Shown here: positions 48,261-61,311 of the stretch, in pieces
Layout: every line of letters begins with the position of its first letter
How positions within the stretch are numbered: the stretch's first letter is position 1
Origin: Octopus vulgaris
Taxonomy: Eukaryota
Assembly: GCA_951406725.2 (NCBI GenBank)
Contig: OX597831.1
Span: 56,730,001 to 56,794,000, forward strand
DNA: 64,000 nt
Direction of reading: 5' to 3'
Position numbers and translations under genes: made by a program
Notes under the pieces: model-generated
Seen by the model: only the letters and a program-made list of their open reading frames with translations
What the model was told of the DNA's origin: nothing
Database searches by the model: none

Positions 48261-51200
48261 CTGTTGTCTTGAAATAGATATGAAAAAGAAAACAGATTTA
48301 ACTAAAAACCAGCACAAGTTATTTTAATATTTAAATAATTGAATTGATTAATTATTACGGAGATGTACTTGCATAGCAAGTGATTTGATCTGAGATCGTG
48401 TGCTGGAACGAAAACAATTGCAGTGTGGAAGGTGTTAGTAAGCCATTTAAGAAACACACAAAAGCCGTTCGATTCACTTCAACATTTAAGTTTAATTTGT
48501 CAAAATATTTTCGTCGCTAAAATCCGCGACCTGTTCACTGACAAAAATCCGTGCTGCACGGATTTCACTGACAAAAATCCGAAGATGCAGTACGGATTTT
48601 TGTCAGTGAACAGGTCGCGGATTTTAGCGGCGAAAATATTTTGACAAATTAAACTTAAAAGTTGAAGTGAATCGAACGGCTTTTGTGTGTTTCTTAAATG
48701 GCTTACAAACACCTTCCACGCTGCAATTGATTAATTAATTTAGGATTTAATTAAGAACTGAATTTTCATATATTTAAACTGAGAGCATTTTGGAGTTTGA
48801 GAGAATAGTAGAAATTAGACAAAAACCCCAATCCTTTCAGTATGTAGTTCTGTCCTCCAATGATCTGAGCTTAAATCCAACTATAGTTGAGTTTGTCTTT
48901 CTTTCCACCATGGTCAATAAAAATAAGTACCACATATATTCCAGAATTGATTTACTCGACTATACTTGAGAACCTTGTCACCATTATCGATCTCTTTGAT
49001 CATTGATCATTTCTTGTTTCTCTTTCTCCCCTTTGGCTACAAAATTTGAGTAGCTGTGCATATCCTCTACAAGAATTTGCTCTGACCCCACCCACATTAT
49101 CTCATACTTTAACCCCTCATCCCCCAGCATGAAGCTGATCTCACACCTCCCTTGGGGGTTCATAGTCCTGCAAGTTGCATGCTAACGGCAATAGTGCTAG
49201 TGGCATGAAAAAAAGGCTCCTGGTACATGCTGTAAAGTAGCTGGTATTAGGAAAGGCATCCGGACATAAAAACTATGCCAAAGTACAAATTGGGGAATGA
49301 TGAAGTCCTTTGATCCACTGGATATTGTCAGACCATCCAACCCATGTCAGCAGAGAACATAAGTGTTAAATGATGGTGATGACAACTTCCACTTCTTGTG
49401 TCGGATCACATCAAAAAAAGCTCAGCTAATCATAATTATGCAACCAATATAACCTGTTTCATGGTTGAGCCATTGGTGATTAAACCAGCAACTCTAACTC
49501 TAGACTCTCATTCTTCTATGTGATATGTTGGTCAGCATACTGATAAAAACCAATAGCTGTCAACAAGAACAGATGAACTCAACAAAGAGTCAACAGCTAT
49601 TCATCAAGCCTAAAAATGGAGAGGGCATCCATTAAGGCTTTTGAGTTGAGTATTGCTAACTCTTATCATTCATATATATCTGTGCATGCATGCACACACA
49701 CTTTTGAGTTACTCTTTTGACAATATCTGCACCCATTTGTCTCTCACAGATGTGCTGGCCTTGTCTTTCTTCTGATTTGGGTGAGAGAAGACCCTTAATA
49801 AGAGGAAGGGCCACCCAAGATGATTTAACATTTTAACATTTAAACCAGCCATATCCAGTTCAAATATTGAAGCTATGAGATAATGCATGATCAATTCAAA
49901 ACAATGTGAATAAATAATCATTACATTTGACAGAGTATCTGAATGCTAAAGGGTTAGATCAACCCTGGCTAAGATTATCATCATCTTATCTTCCATATAG
50001 TTAGAAACAATAGACTGGTGCCATTATTTATCCCCGCATCTACATGTGGCCAAGTGTTGAGAGAAACCTGTAATTTTAAACTTGATTTTAGAGAGGAATA
50101 TTTGAAATAAACCATTGAACCGCCAACTAGAAGTTGATAAATTCATATCTACTACAGGTAATTTGTTTTGTTTTCTTTTTACACATACACCTTCACAATA
50201 CCAAACTCTGGCCTTTCTGTCTCCTTCATTCACTTTTTCGAATATACATTTATTGTGTACAAGCCTCACTATCTACTATTCACACTATAAAGTGGACGGC
50301 TAAATGAACAGAGGAAGAATAGGATTTTGATGTCCCTCTAGTCCCATCTAGTCAAGGGCTATTCAACCTCACTGGTGTTGTTGGCATGAGAAAGTGCACC
50401 CAGTAGATTTTGTAGGAATGTGGTTGATATCAGGAAGAGCATCTTGTTGTAGTAACCAAGTCAAACGATGCAAAGGGGCATCTAGTCTTTGGGAACTGAC
50501 TAAGATGTCATGCAGTGTTAAGGTGTCATGTAGCTGGGAAGTGAACTTGAAAACTTCGTATACCTGCATCTTCTGTGGTGGTTAAAGGCTTATTCTGTTA
50601 TGTACATGTCAGAATTAGGCTCCTAGCATATAAACAAGGTTATGGTGAGTCAACAGGAAAGCCTCTATGTGGCCATTTTTTCTGCTAGAAACAGCAGTCA
50701 AACACCTTCCAAATCACTCTTTGCCATCCCCCAAACAAGAGGCAGCTTTCACTTTTTTGCAGTTGATGAAATAAGTACTATAAGAATATGTGGGTGAAGT
50801 AGGTGGGAGAGCACAATATATCAGATTAAAACCACTCAAATGCCTTCACTACAGAGTGGCCATATTCCAATGACTGACAAGAATAGAAGAATAAGCAAAG
50901 ATATATTTGAAGATGGTAGCCTTATGCTCTTTTTGGCAACAGTGATGCATTTAAAAATGAATAATTACAATATGAACAATAAGTGTATAATAAACATGAA
51001 CCTACAGAATCGGTTTGTTTCTAACATCAGAGGGACACTATTTATATTTTCATCTGTTTCCATTGCCTGAAAATAAATCAAATAAAAAGAAGGTTTAACA
51101 ACGTTTAACCTTCTCTTGACTATTCTCATTAAATAATAATGAAAAAATAAAACCCGTTTTTTTTTTATTGTTTCAGTCAATCAAACAGACCCCAGTACAT

Positions 51201-54200
51201 ACTTTTTTAAAGTTTGGTACTGTTCTTCTATCAGTTTCTTTTGCCGAACTGTCAGGCAGTGGTGGGACACACACACATACACAGCAAACTTCCATACAGT
51301 TTTTATCTACCATATTCACTCACAACTCACATTCTAATATCTACCTTTTGATGCATACATAGGTCAGACAGAGTTTGTGCAGGTAGATTTTCCATGCCCA
51401 AAAGATGACATCCATTTATAACAATCATAGTATGTCTAGCCAAGGAGACACAAACACACACATAGATATGATGGTCTTCTTTCAGTTTTTGTCATCCAAA
51501 TCCATTCGTAAGGCTTTGGTTGATCCAGGGCTATAAATAGAAGACACCTGCCCAAGGTACCATGCAGTGGGACTGAATCCAAAACTGTGTGATTGGTAAG
51601 CAAATTTCTTAAACATTTTTATGTAGTTCTTCCTGTAACTTCTTCACTATCTTTTCTCCTTTCCCAGCTGGAATAACCTGCAAGACACCTGTTTCTGTCT
51701 CCTTATCATAGTTTTACCTTTCATCACCTGGCATAAAGCCATCTTTCTCAGTTGAGGGATCTTGTCTTATGAGCTATTTAGTGACCTCACAAGTGCTACT
51801 CCATGTAAAAAGCACCTAGTACACTCTGTGAAGTAGTTGGTGTTAGGAATGGCATCCAGCTACAGAAATGATGTCTAAGTAGACATTGGAGCTTGGCATA
51901 GGCCTCTGGCTCATCAACTCCTGTTAAACCATTCAATCCATGCTAACATGGAAAACGGACATTAAATATTGATGATACATATATATATATATTGATGATA
52001 ATATGCACAGACACTCAAACACACAGACAGATAACTGCTATAAGTTTTGTTCAGAGTGGAAGATTCATTCACTTAAAACAATTCAACTGCAGCTATTTTA
52101 CTTGAAGAATAACAGTTCTCATCAAAGACTTAGCTTATATTATCATTGAAAACTTACCTGTTTTTCATTTTTCTTTAGCCGGCTTGTATCTTCATCATGA
52201 CAACCTTCTTCTACAGCTATTTTATGCTTTAGCGCAAGCTCTTCAACCTAAAAAGATAAACAAGAAACTAGTTTTGAAACATATTTTCGTTTCCTAATAT
52301 GAGTTGCATGAATTTACAAATTTTGAAGTGAAAAAAACGGCATATTTCACCATAAGAACAAAGAACAACATGATAAAAACAAGTATTTATCTACAAGTTT
52401 TGACATGAGCAGCAGAAATATAAACTGTTCTTGTTAAGACTATAATAGGAAACACTTGCAGATGAATTTTAAGCTAACCTTGTCACTAAAATTAGCAGAG
52501 TTTGTAGAATTAAACTGACCACTCAAATGCTGAAGACAACTCATTTGTGCTTCTTTATAATTAACATTACAAAGAGTGGATATTTTCTCTTTGGCTGCAC
52601 CTGTGTAAATTTCAAAGTTTAGTGAAAATTTTAAAATTTGGTGTATTGATGTACTTTTCCACACTGAATCTCAGGGGATATTTAACTTTTTCCAGAAAAA
52701 TGTTTTAAAAAAGCTTCCAAGGTCATTTTGTGCATGACAGCATGTGTTGTCAACTGCAAACACATGAAATATTTGTAGAATTCTGCTTTATGCATGCCTT
52801 ATAACTTGTTTTATTTTTTGGAATTTTCAGAAAAATTTTGTGAATTTGTATTCTACACATGGGAATTTATAATTTATGCAAAAAAAAAAAAAAAGTTGGT
52901 GTGTGATTTAAGGCCTATTTAGCTATTATCTTTAGCACATCTTACAAGTGAAAAATGTGTCCTGTCTGCGGCTTACAATTGGTTAAAATTATTCAAAATT
53001 TGCAAATTTAAAAGCTAATAATCATCATCATCTTCAGTGCTTAACATCCATTTTTCATGCTGGTATGGGTTGGACGGTTTGACTGGGGACTGGTAAGCCA
53101 GAAAGCCGCACCAGGCTCCAATCTGATCTGGTGGTGTTTCTACAGCTGGATGCCCTTCCTAACACCAACCACTCCAAGAGTGTAGTGGGTGCTTTTTAAG
53201 TGCCACTGGCATCGGTCACCTCAAGCACAGAATGTTGGCCGCCAATTCAAAGGTATTTTTTAAATGGGCTGGTTATGCAATACTGGTGTAGACTACGGCT
53301 GTGATCTCTCTTTCCTGCTGGGTCTTCTCAATCACAGCATATCTCCAGAGGTCTTGGTCTTTCGTCATTGCCTCTGTGAGGCCCATGATTGAAAGTCATG
53401 CTTCACCACCTCATCCCATATCTTCTTGGGTCTCCTTCTTCAATTCTTTATTTATTGATTGATGGCAAAAATGAATTTCATGTCAATGATTAACATACAC
53501 AACTACATCATTACGCCTAATATGAAATCAATGGGAACAGAAATTGAAAAGTGGCAGCCAAACAGAATATATCCCAAATAATTATTTTGTATACAACTGA
53601 ACAAGCAGACCTATGATTAAAGGCATTCCTGCCATAACCTTTGGGTTTTTTTTTCTTTCATGGATATATCTAGGATTAAATTATCAATAATAATAATAAT
53701 AATGAAATTATTGTATACAGTGCTCAGGTGCACCACAACTTGTCAGAGTATATGCAGTAATGTACAAATGTCTCGAAAGCGAACAATGCATGAATCAGAT
53801 ACATGCTTGCGTGTGTATGGAGGGGAGAAAATCAGGTGTAGTGTTGGCGAATCTCAGAAAGCATGGAAGTTTTGAAGGATGCAGTGCTCCAACAACTAAC
53901 AACTGATGGCGGCAGTTTGTTCCATGCTTCAGCAACTCTCAGCGTGAAAAAATGTTTCCTGAAGTCATGGGAGCTGTGCTGTTTTCTGACTTTGTAAATA
54001 TGTCCATGAGTGTTAGATGGGTGGAGTTTGAAAAGGTGCTCAGAGTTATTGTTTGTACAATGGTTGATAATTTTATGGGTGTCTGCCAAGTCAGCTGCAA
54101 GACGTCGGAGTTTCAATGTGTCCATGCCCAGGAAAGTAAGGCGTTCAGGATATGGCAAATGCCTGATGGAGGATATTCTTTTGGTTGCACATCGCTGAAG

Positions 54201-57200
54201 GGCTTCCAGACGATTGATATCCTGGGCAAGATAGGGGTTCCAGACCGGTGATGTAAATTCCAGGTGAGGTCTTACCATAGCTATATAAAGCCGCAGATAG
54301 ATAGTCGGAGAGCGGCTCACAAAGGATTTAGTGAGTGATGCCAAGACACCCTCAGCCTTCTTGACAATTTTAGCGATGTGTTTTGTCCAACGCAAATCAC
54401 TGTCGACAACACCCAGGTCACGTTCACATGAAGACTTTTTGAGACTAGTGTTGTGGAGGGAGTAGGTGGACGCTGGGTTTCTTCTCCCCAAATGCATGAT
54501 GGTACATTTGTCCACAGCCAGCTTGAGTTGCCAGTCCATGATCCACTGCTGCATTGTGTCCAGGTCTGCTTGCAATAGAGATCTATAGTGTACAGGATCT
54601 GACCTCTTTATTTCGAGGTACAGCTTGATGTCATCTGCATATTTCAACACTGTGGCATTCTTTAAGTTGGCATCTATGTCATTAACATATGCAACAAATA
54701 AAAGGGGGCCAAGAACAGATCCCTATGGTACACTAGATGTCCTAGAACTGTGACAACCTCTTTTTGGCTGAAAATAAAGGACTTCAACCAGTTACAGAGT
54801 TCGTCTCTTACGCCCAACGCAGAGAGCTTCACCATAAGTCTTTTGTGTGGCACAGAGTTAAAAGCCTTAGCAAAGTCCAGGTAAACAACATCCAACCAGG
54901 ATCCGCGATCAGTGATTTGGGTAACGTCCTAAAGAAACTCGATGAGTTGATTACAGCAGCTGGAGTTAGGAATAAATCCGAATTGTGATGGCTGGATGAG
55001 GCTGTGAGACTTCCAGAAGTTCCACAGGGTTTCTATGATACAGGATTCCATCAGTTTGGCGATGCAGCTAGTAAGACTAACGGGGCGATAGTTGACAGGC
55101 GATGTGTGGTCGCCTTTTTTGAACAGAGGGATAACACTGGCAGTTTTCCACTGTTCTGGAGTAATACCATTGTCAAGACAGAATTGAAAGAATAGAGAAA
55201 GTTGGCTTAGAAGAAAGTACCCACAGTGTTTGAGAAGTAGGTATGTAACACCACCGAGACCAGGAGAGGCATAGTTGCATTTATTCTTAAGGTGGCGTTG
55301 TAGCATTGCTGGTGTAAGTTGCATAGTAGATATAGAGTCCGATGTCAGTGGTGATGAAGATGGAACATTTTGGTCTTCGACAGTAAAGATGCCGGCATAG
55401 CATCCAGCAATGATTTCAGCACATTCTTCGGGATTGCCAGTAATCTGTCCTGTGTGGGGATTGCGAAGTGGACCAACTGGAGAGTGGGGTCTCTGCTTTG
55501 AGTGCACATACTTCCAGAACACTTTGCTGTCAGGGTTAGCTGCAATGCGTTGTTCAAATTCAAGCACTGCCTTTTTTGTCACCTGCTTGAGGTGGTTGGC
55601 TGACCTATTGCGCTTTTTCCTGTTGCTCTCTGATTTGTGCAATTTGTATTCCTGTTCAGCATTACGGCGTTCTTTCCTGGCAAGTCGGACTGCTGCAGTC
55701 TCCCAAATTGCACTATTGGGTGGTTTTTTGTGCTTGCGTGGTACTGATGCTGCACATGCCGCCCATATTGAATTCAGAATGTTCTGGAGTATAGTGTCCA
55801 CATCTCCATAGGCATAAAATTCAAGCCAGTTTGGGCATTGCAGCTCAGTACAATAAGAGCTCCAGTCTGCTTTATTCCAGTAAAGCGGGCAGTCTGAAGA
55901 TGGTTGTGTTTTTTGTTACAACCAATCAGAGACAAGTCGGCCATGATCATGGAATGATCAGAGTCACCTAAAGGTTCTTCAGTAGTGACACTAATGATTG
56001 TTTCAGGAGAAGCGGTAAGTAGCAGATCCAAAGTGTTGTTACCCCTTGTGGGGGAGGTAATGACTTGGGACCAATTTGAATTCAGTACCAGTTCAAGGAA
56101 ATCGTCTGCACTTTGCGGCCAACGGAAGGCCTCCCAGTCAATCTCAGAGAAATTGAAGTCGCCTGCAATATAAACATACGCAGTTGTTTTCATGGCAGCA
56201 GCTCTGAGGATATCAAAAAGCTGTGTGTCTTGATGATAATTTGGGGGGCGGTAAACGACTCCGAGCAGCAGTGTTGACATGGTCGTGTGTATATTGCAGA
56301 AAAATACTTCCTGCTGAGATTGGTTCAAATCATCACAGGGGATTGCCGATAGATTTGATCGAACATAAATCATCACAGGGGATTGCCGATGGATTTGATC
56401 GAACATAAATCATCACACCACCTCCATGGCGATTAATGTGGTCTTTGTGGAACAGGTTGTAGCCAGCTATGCTGAAAACTCCATCACAGAGTGCAGAGTG
56501 TGCTCATGTTTCCGTGACTGTTATGATACTTTTGACGTAGGGGTCAAAAAGATGCACCTTGTTGCATAAACTACGGGCATTCAAGGACAGCAGTTTATAT
56601 CTGGATTTCAGATGATGATATACAGGGGATGGCTGGTTGTTCTTGGTTAGTTTCTCAAGATTTTTGTATTGCCAGTTGTTGTTGTGGGTGTAGTCTGCTC
56701 AGTCCAACTGGCATCCCTTATCCACGACTCACCAGACTTGACAAATTTCCAGATTTGCCCATCATCGCGGAGGCTAAAACTCTCCTGTTGCACAGAGTTG
56801 CGATTTAGGGAAGCTACAGATCTCAGCTTTGGGCGTACATCAGGTGGTAGGCCAGGACGTGTTCTAAAGTTGATTATGTTGTCATGCCGAGCTATCAGCA
56901 GCTAGATGGAATGTCCGCGCCTCAGTAAAGCCCGTAAACAACAGCCTGATCAGCCTGGGTTTGGATCCCGGTCGGCCAAGGCGGGAAGCACTTTTTGGAG
57001 GGACACAGCTGAGATCCCTAGCTGTGTTTCCAATGAATGCCTGCAGATCTACCACATCTTCCGGCACTCCGATGGCTATTAATTCATTCTTTCCTTATTT
57101 AAGGCGACAGGTTGTGATTTGAGACCTGCTATTTCTAGCAGGTTGAGTGACTGCACAGGAACTCCCTTGTTGGATCACGAAGGAAGAATGTGTGCATGCT

Positions 57201-58299
57201 GAAGTAGTACTGATTTAATGGGTAAGGCTGATCTTTGTAGAGGATCTGAAAGTAATTGGGGCTAAAGTATATTTGTCTCTAAGGAGGGTAACCTAGGCTT
57301 TGGGATGCAGATTTGTTATGTATGCAAGGTCCATCAGAATTGAGGCCTAGTATTTGCGTCAATTTTTTTTAGAAACTCTTGTATTGTATGAGATGCAGCA
57401 GGGAATTTTGTCAGTGAACAGGTCGTGGTCTCAAAGCGACGAAAACATTTTGACAAATTAAATTTAATGTTGAAGTGAATCTAACAGTTTTTGTGTGTTT
57501 CTTAAATGGCTTATAAACACCTTCCACGCTGCAATTGTTTTCGTTCCAGCACACGATCTCAGATCAGGTCACTTGCTATGCAAGTACATCTCCGTAATAT
57601 TAAATAGGTATGGTACATTAAACGGCGGAGGAAAAGAATACGTACACCACCGGTTTTCGGCGTAACAAAAACCCTAACCCTAGCCCTAAAACTAACCCTA
57701 ACCCTAAACACCGGGTGTGCGTATTCTTTACCTTCGCCCATTAAACTGATAACAGAGAAGTGGTATCAAGATTATTTCCGTGAAGTGGTTCGAAATATCA
57801 TCAGAAACGCTGCCACTGGTTACGTTAACTGCCACGAAATAAATTAGCATATAACTAGTTTTCTTCTCATAGTTTATTTTTTTAGGCGCATCTTTTATTT
57901 TTAACGGCAAAGGGAAACCCTACACAGTCACTCAACTTCTTAGTGATAGAAGCCAAATTTCCCTCAAGATACTCGCAGTCTAAAACAAAAAGATACAATA
58001 GACAATGTAGCCCCTGAAAGAGAAAAGAGACGGAATGGTCATGACTGGAATGCATCTCATTATAAGTCTACTGAATCAAAATTCATAACAAAGAGAATAT
58101 AATGAACGAAGATAAATACTTTATATCTCCTAGCATAAGGAAATAGTTCACAGAAAATTCAGGATGTAGATTTTATACATTTTATACTTACTTTTAAACG
58201 ACTTAATTGATCTTCGTGAAGTTCTATAATTGATTTTATATATTTTTCTTCCCATTTTAACATGTTAAGTTGTTTCTGAAGATATTCCGCGTTTGACAT
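48137..58299 (-). CDS. SNAPC5: snRNA-activating protein complex subunit 5 (SNAP19), 4 coding exons, about 128 aa
   Basis: Join 58299-58192, 52247-52158, 51066-51002 (or -51006), 48260 (or 48267)-48137. Translation: MSNAEYLQKQLNMLKWEEKYIKSIIELHEDQLSRLK|VEELALKHK...|AMETDENINSVPLMLE...|NEEDEDDDDDDDD...KT*. DQLSRLKVEELAL matches human DQLNRLKVEELAL, and the acidic tail is also shared. Confidence 0.9.
48354..48729. mobile_element. Foldback MITE with about 140-bp inverted arms
   Basis: 48415-48557 is the near-perfect reverse complement of 48586-48729. Single-arm relatives at 57404-57598 and about 62005-62150. Confidence 0.85.
51002..51066 (-). CDS. SNAPC5: SNAPC5 exon 3
   Basis: ttttcag|GCAATGGAAACAGATGAAAATATAAAT. 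DENIN resembles human DNEASIN. Donor is ambiguous (51006 or 51002). Confidence 0.75.
52158..52247 (-). CDS. SNAPC5: SNAPC5 exon 2
   Basis: ttttag|GTTGAAGAGCTTGCGCTA...CAG|gtaagt. Translates VEELALKHKIAVEEGCHDEDTSRLKKNEKQ. Confidence 0.92.
53687..57090 (-). mobile_element. Degenerate CR1-clade LINE (ORF1 remnant, APE, RT) in SNAPC5 intron 1
   Basis: LSLNARSL, VYRPP, AGDFN, LDLLLT, SDH (endonuclease). NYRPVSLTS, QFGF, YLDFAKAF, YADD, KCTIMHLG, VRPHLEF..PVWNP (CR1-type RT and tail). (TTA)n tail. Several frameshifts. Confidence 0.92.
57622..57740. mobile_element. 119-bp TTAA-flanked MITE with (CCCTAA)n core
   Basis: About 30-bp imperfect TIRs around aaccctaaccctagccctaaaactaaccctaaccctaaa. Confidence 0.7.
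58192..58299 (-). CDS. SNAPC5: SNAPC5 exon 1
   Basis: 36 codons from ATG to AAA|gtaagt. Confidence 0.9.
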
Positions 58300-58467
58300 A
58301 ATTAAACAGAAAAGTTACTTTCTCTCTATTAGAAAATTCTATCAATATTTCATCACATATATATATATATTATTGTATTATACCCGAGCGACTAGTTAGA
58401 TAAACAAAACTCTTATTAATCAAGCGTTTACATACATAATGCAGAAAACATTTGGAAAGCTAACACA

Positions 58468-58476
58468 ACTTCCGGT
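58468..58476 (-). promoter_or_regulatory. ETS/GABP-type site (ACCGGAAGT on -) upstream of SNAPC5
   Basis: Consensus ACTTCCGGT about 170 bp 5' of the SNAPC5 ATG, typical of housekeeping promoters. Confidence 0.5.
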
Positions 58477-58698
58477 ACCACAATTGTTTGCTTTCGGAAT
58501 ATGTAAATATTTAATTATTTAAATTCTTAATGTTGTTCAAGTTTCTTTGTTTGTATAAAAATCAACATAATGAATATTTCATGGTGTCGTTTGCCAAGTA
58601 TGTTACTACTTTTGGCTTTATTGCAGAACATCCGAAGCAAACTGTTTTCAAAGTTACAGGCATTAGTAAAGGGAGGCAACTCTCATTACAGTAAATGG

Positions 58699-59076
58699 TT
58701 TACTCTTTACTCGTTTACTTGTTTCAGTCATTTGACTGCGGCCATGTTGGAGCACCGCCTTTAATCGAGCAACTCGACCCCGGGACTTATTCTTTGTAAG
58801 CCCAATACTTATTCTATCGGTCCCTTTTTGCCGAACCGCTAAGTTACGGGGACGTAAACACACCAGCATCGGTTGTCAAGCAATGCTAGGGAGATAGACA
58901 CACAAACACATACATATATACGACAGGCTTCTTTCAGTTTCCGTCTACCAAATCCACTCACAAGGCATTGGTCGGCCCGGGGCTATAGTAGAAGACACTT
59001 GCCCAAGATGCCACGCAGTGGGACTGAACCCGGAACCATGTGGTTGGTTAGCAAGCTACTTACCACACAGCCACTC
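58699..59076 (-). mobile_element. SINE family A copy
   Basis: Reverse complement of 34062-34467. Confidence 0.9.
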
Positions 59077-59189
59077 AAATATCATCAATATCTTGCATAG
59101 TTGTCATCATATGTTCATGTTTTAAATTACCCATTTAGAGTAAAGTACCACATAAGTATGCATGTATACATGTATACATACATACATAC

Positions 59190-59935
59190 CAAAGGTGGGC
59201 ACTATTAATCGAAAAGTTAACTTCATTAACTGTTAATCCATTAACCAAAAAGTTAACTTCGATAACTGTTAATCAGTAAATTCTTTAAAAATGTAGCTGA
59301 AGTTATTGATAAAGCATTAACGTTAATTTTTATTATATAAAATTAAAATCAGTTTTTGCTCTAAAACCACCTAAAAACACCTTCAACAAGTGCCAAAATT
59401 ATAAAATGAGCCTTTTTTTTTCAGTCATTTTAAGGGCTTTAGAACCCAAAAACTATTGTGTTATAGACCTAAAAAAGGCTGATTTCATAGTTTTAATCCT
59501 TTTTTTTTTAGTGTTTTAAAGGCTTTTAGAGCCAGAAAAGGGTGAAAAAAATAGCCCCTTAGTTTAGTATTAAACTAAAAAAGTTTATTGATAAAGTGGT
59601 CGTAAATAAATAAAAATATCAAAAAAATGAAAAACACGATATATATATAATTTACTTTTTCCTTTTCTCGTTCTCCATTTTGTTCATGAGATGCATGTTG
59701 CTCTTCATGAAAATGAGCATGTCAAAGTCTTCATCAGATAGGGATGATCTCTTGGCCCTTAAGATGTCCTTGCCTATAGAGAACAAACACTCCACTGCAA
59801 TACTGGAAGGGATGGCTGTGTTGATCTTGATGAACAAGTCCACCATCACTTGTTCACCCTAAAAGGCAACATCTATCAGCAGGTCCTTGGAGTTGATCCC
59901 CAACCAGGTCTTTGCCAAATTCTGGGCCCTGTCCC
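59190..59935 (-). mobile_element. hAT transposon 3' fragment with hATC dimerisation-domain remnant
   Basis: ORF 59652..59849 LFIKINTAIPSSIAVECLFSIGKDILRAKRSSLSDEDFDMLIFMK. Subterminal (gttaa) repeats near 59200-59330. Confidence 0.78.
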
Positions 59936-59939
59936 TGAG

Positions 59940-60830
59940 TGACCTGTGGCTCCTGCTGCTCTCTTATGGCTGAGTGACACCACTGAAGAAGTCATCCTCC
60001 CCTTCGTTGTTGCTGCTCACTTCGTCAGACTGCAGCCTCATGGTCTCTTCGACCTTACTCTCCATGCTTTTCTTCACTTTGGCGACCTTGGTGTTGTCAT
60101 ACTTATCCAGCCAGATAAGGCCTCCTTTGTTACAGAGGGGAATTCAGAAAGTCATCATCTGTTCACTGATACCAGTTGGAATCATAGAGATGTTCTTCAG
60201 TAATGACGAATGGACGGCAAATCCTACGCCATAAACTTTATTTTTGCCTTGAGGAAGGGCTTTCCAGAAGTATGTATATCTGTCATCAACCTCAGTGAGA
60301 CAGCCTTCATCAGAGAATCTTGTTTCGCTGAGTGTAGCAATACCCACATTGTATCGTTTGAGCTCAGAGGTGATGAGTGCAGTCTTACGGTGGGGTCGAT
60401 TGTGGTCATCATGGTTTATCAAGGTTCATATGTTCCAGGTAGCAAAAGCGAAAGGTCTTGAGGATTTTCTTTTAAATCCTTGACCGCAGTGTGGGATGGC
60501 CTTCCAGGTGCGGTTTCTTCGCCAGGCAGAAAAGGGCTGGTGTGAGAACAAAGCTTGTGCAGCGGAGTTATTAAGGATGGTAATTGGAGCACACAGTCCC
60601 ATTTGCATGCACTTCACTCTCATTCAGTATTGGTGGCAAGGAAAAAAAATCTAAGATGATCGAAAGCTATCAAGAAGTTGTAGTGGGTTGCCAGAATCCA
60701 GGTTTGTGAGGATCTACCAGGTTGCATGCCCGCCGAGCAAGGTTTTAGGTTGGAGTTTCCATCTCCAAGAAGGGTTGCCTTGTCAGAGCTAACAGGCTCC
60801 AACTGCCTGCGACCAGAGCTATTTCTGAAT
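59940..60830 (-). mobile_element. 5' portion (UTR + start of APE) of an RTE/BovB-like LINE
   Basis: FATWNI...RPHRKTALITSELKRYNVGIATLSETRF...YTYFWK...GVGFAV. Confidence 0.8.
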
Positions 60831-61311
60831 GTTCTACCATCTCACCGAAGGGGTCGCTATGTCCTCATCCACCGATTATTTATATATATATATACATAAA
60901 AAAGGAATGTAAAAATAAAAATATAAAATAGATTATGATTTCACACACACACGCATGCACGCGTATGCACACATTGTTGAATGGTTGTTGACTACTCATT
61001 AGTTTCACAAATTGTTTTGGTCAAAATATGTGGAAAAATGCAGAGATTATGATTCTGAAAAAAATTTCCAAAAATTTTTCTACTTAGGGTTAGGGTTTTA
61101 GGGTTACGGAAAAAGTAAAAAATGAAGAAATTGGGGGGAAGGGAGTAAGGTGGGATGGGGGACAAAAATTTCAAAATTCCGATTTTTGGCAATTTTCCGG
61201 AATCTCCGTATCCGAATACGTGGGTTTTGGGCAAAAAAAAATTTGTTTATAATAATAATTTGCGAGAAAATGGGGTGGGGGTGGGGACGGGAGGAAGTCT
61301 TTCCTCCCCCA

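Noticed and set aside
56326-56416. Tandem duplication of about 39 bp in the CR1 endonuclease region
   Set aside because: Post-insertion decay of a dead element with no sign of function.
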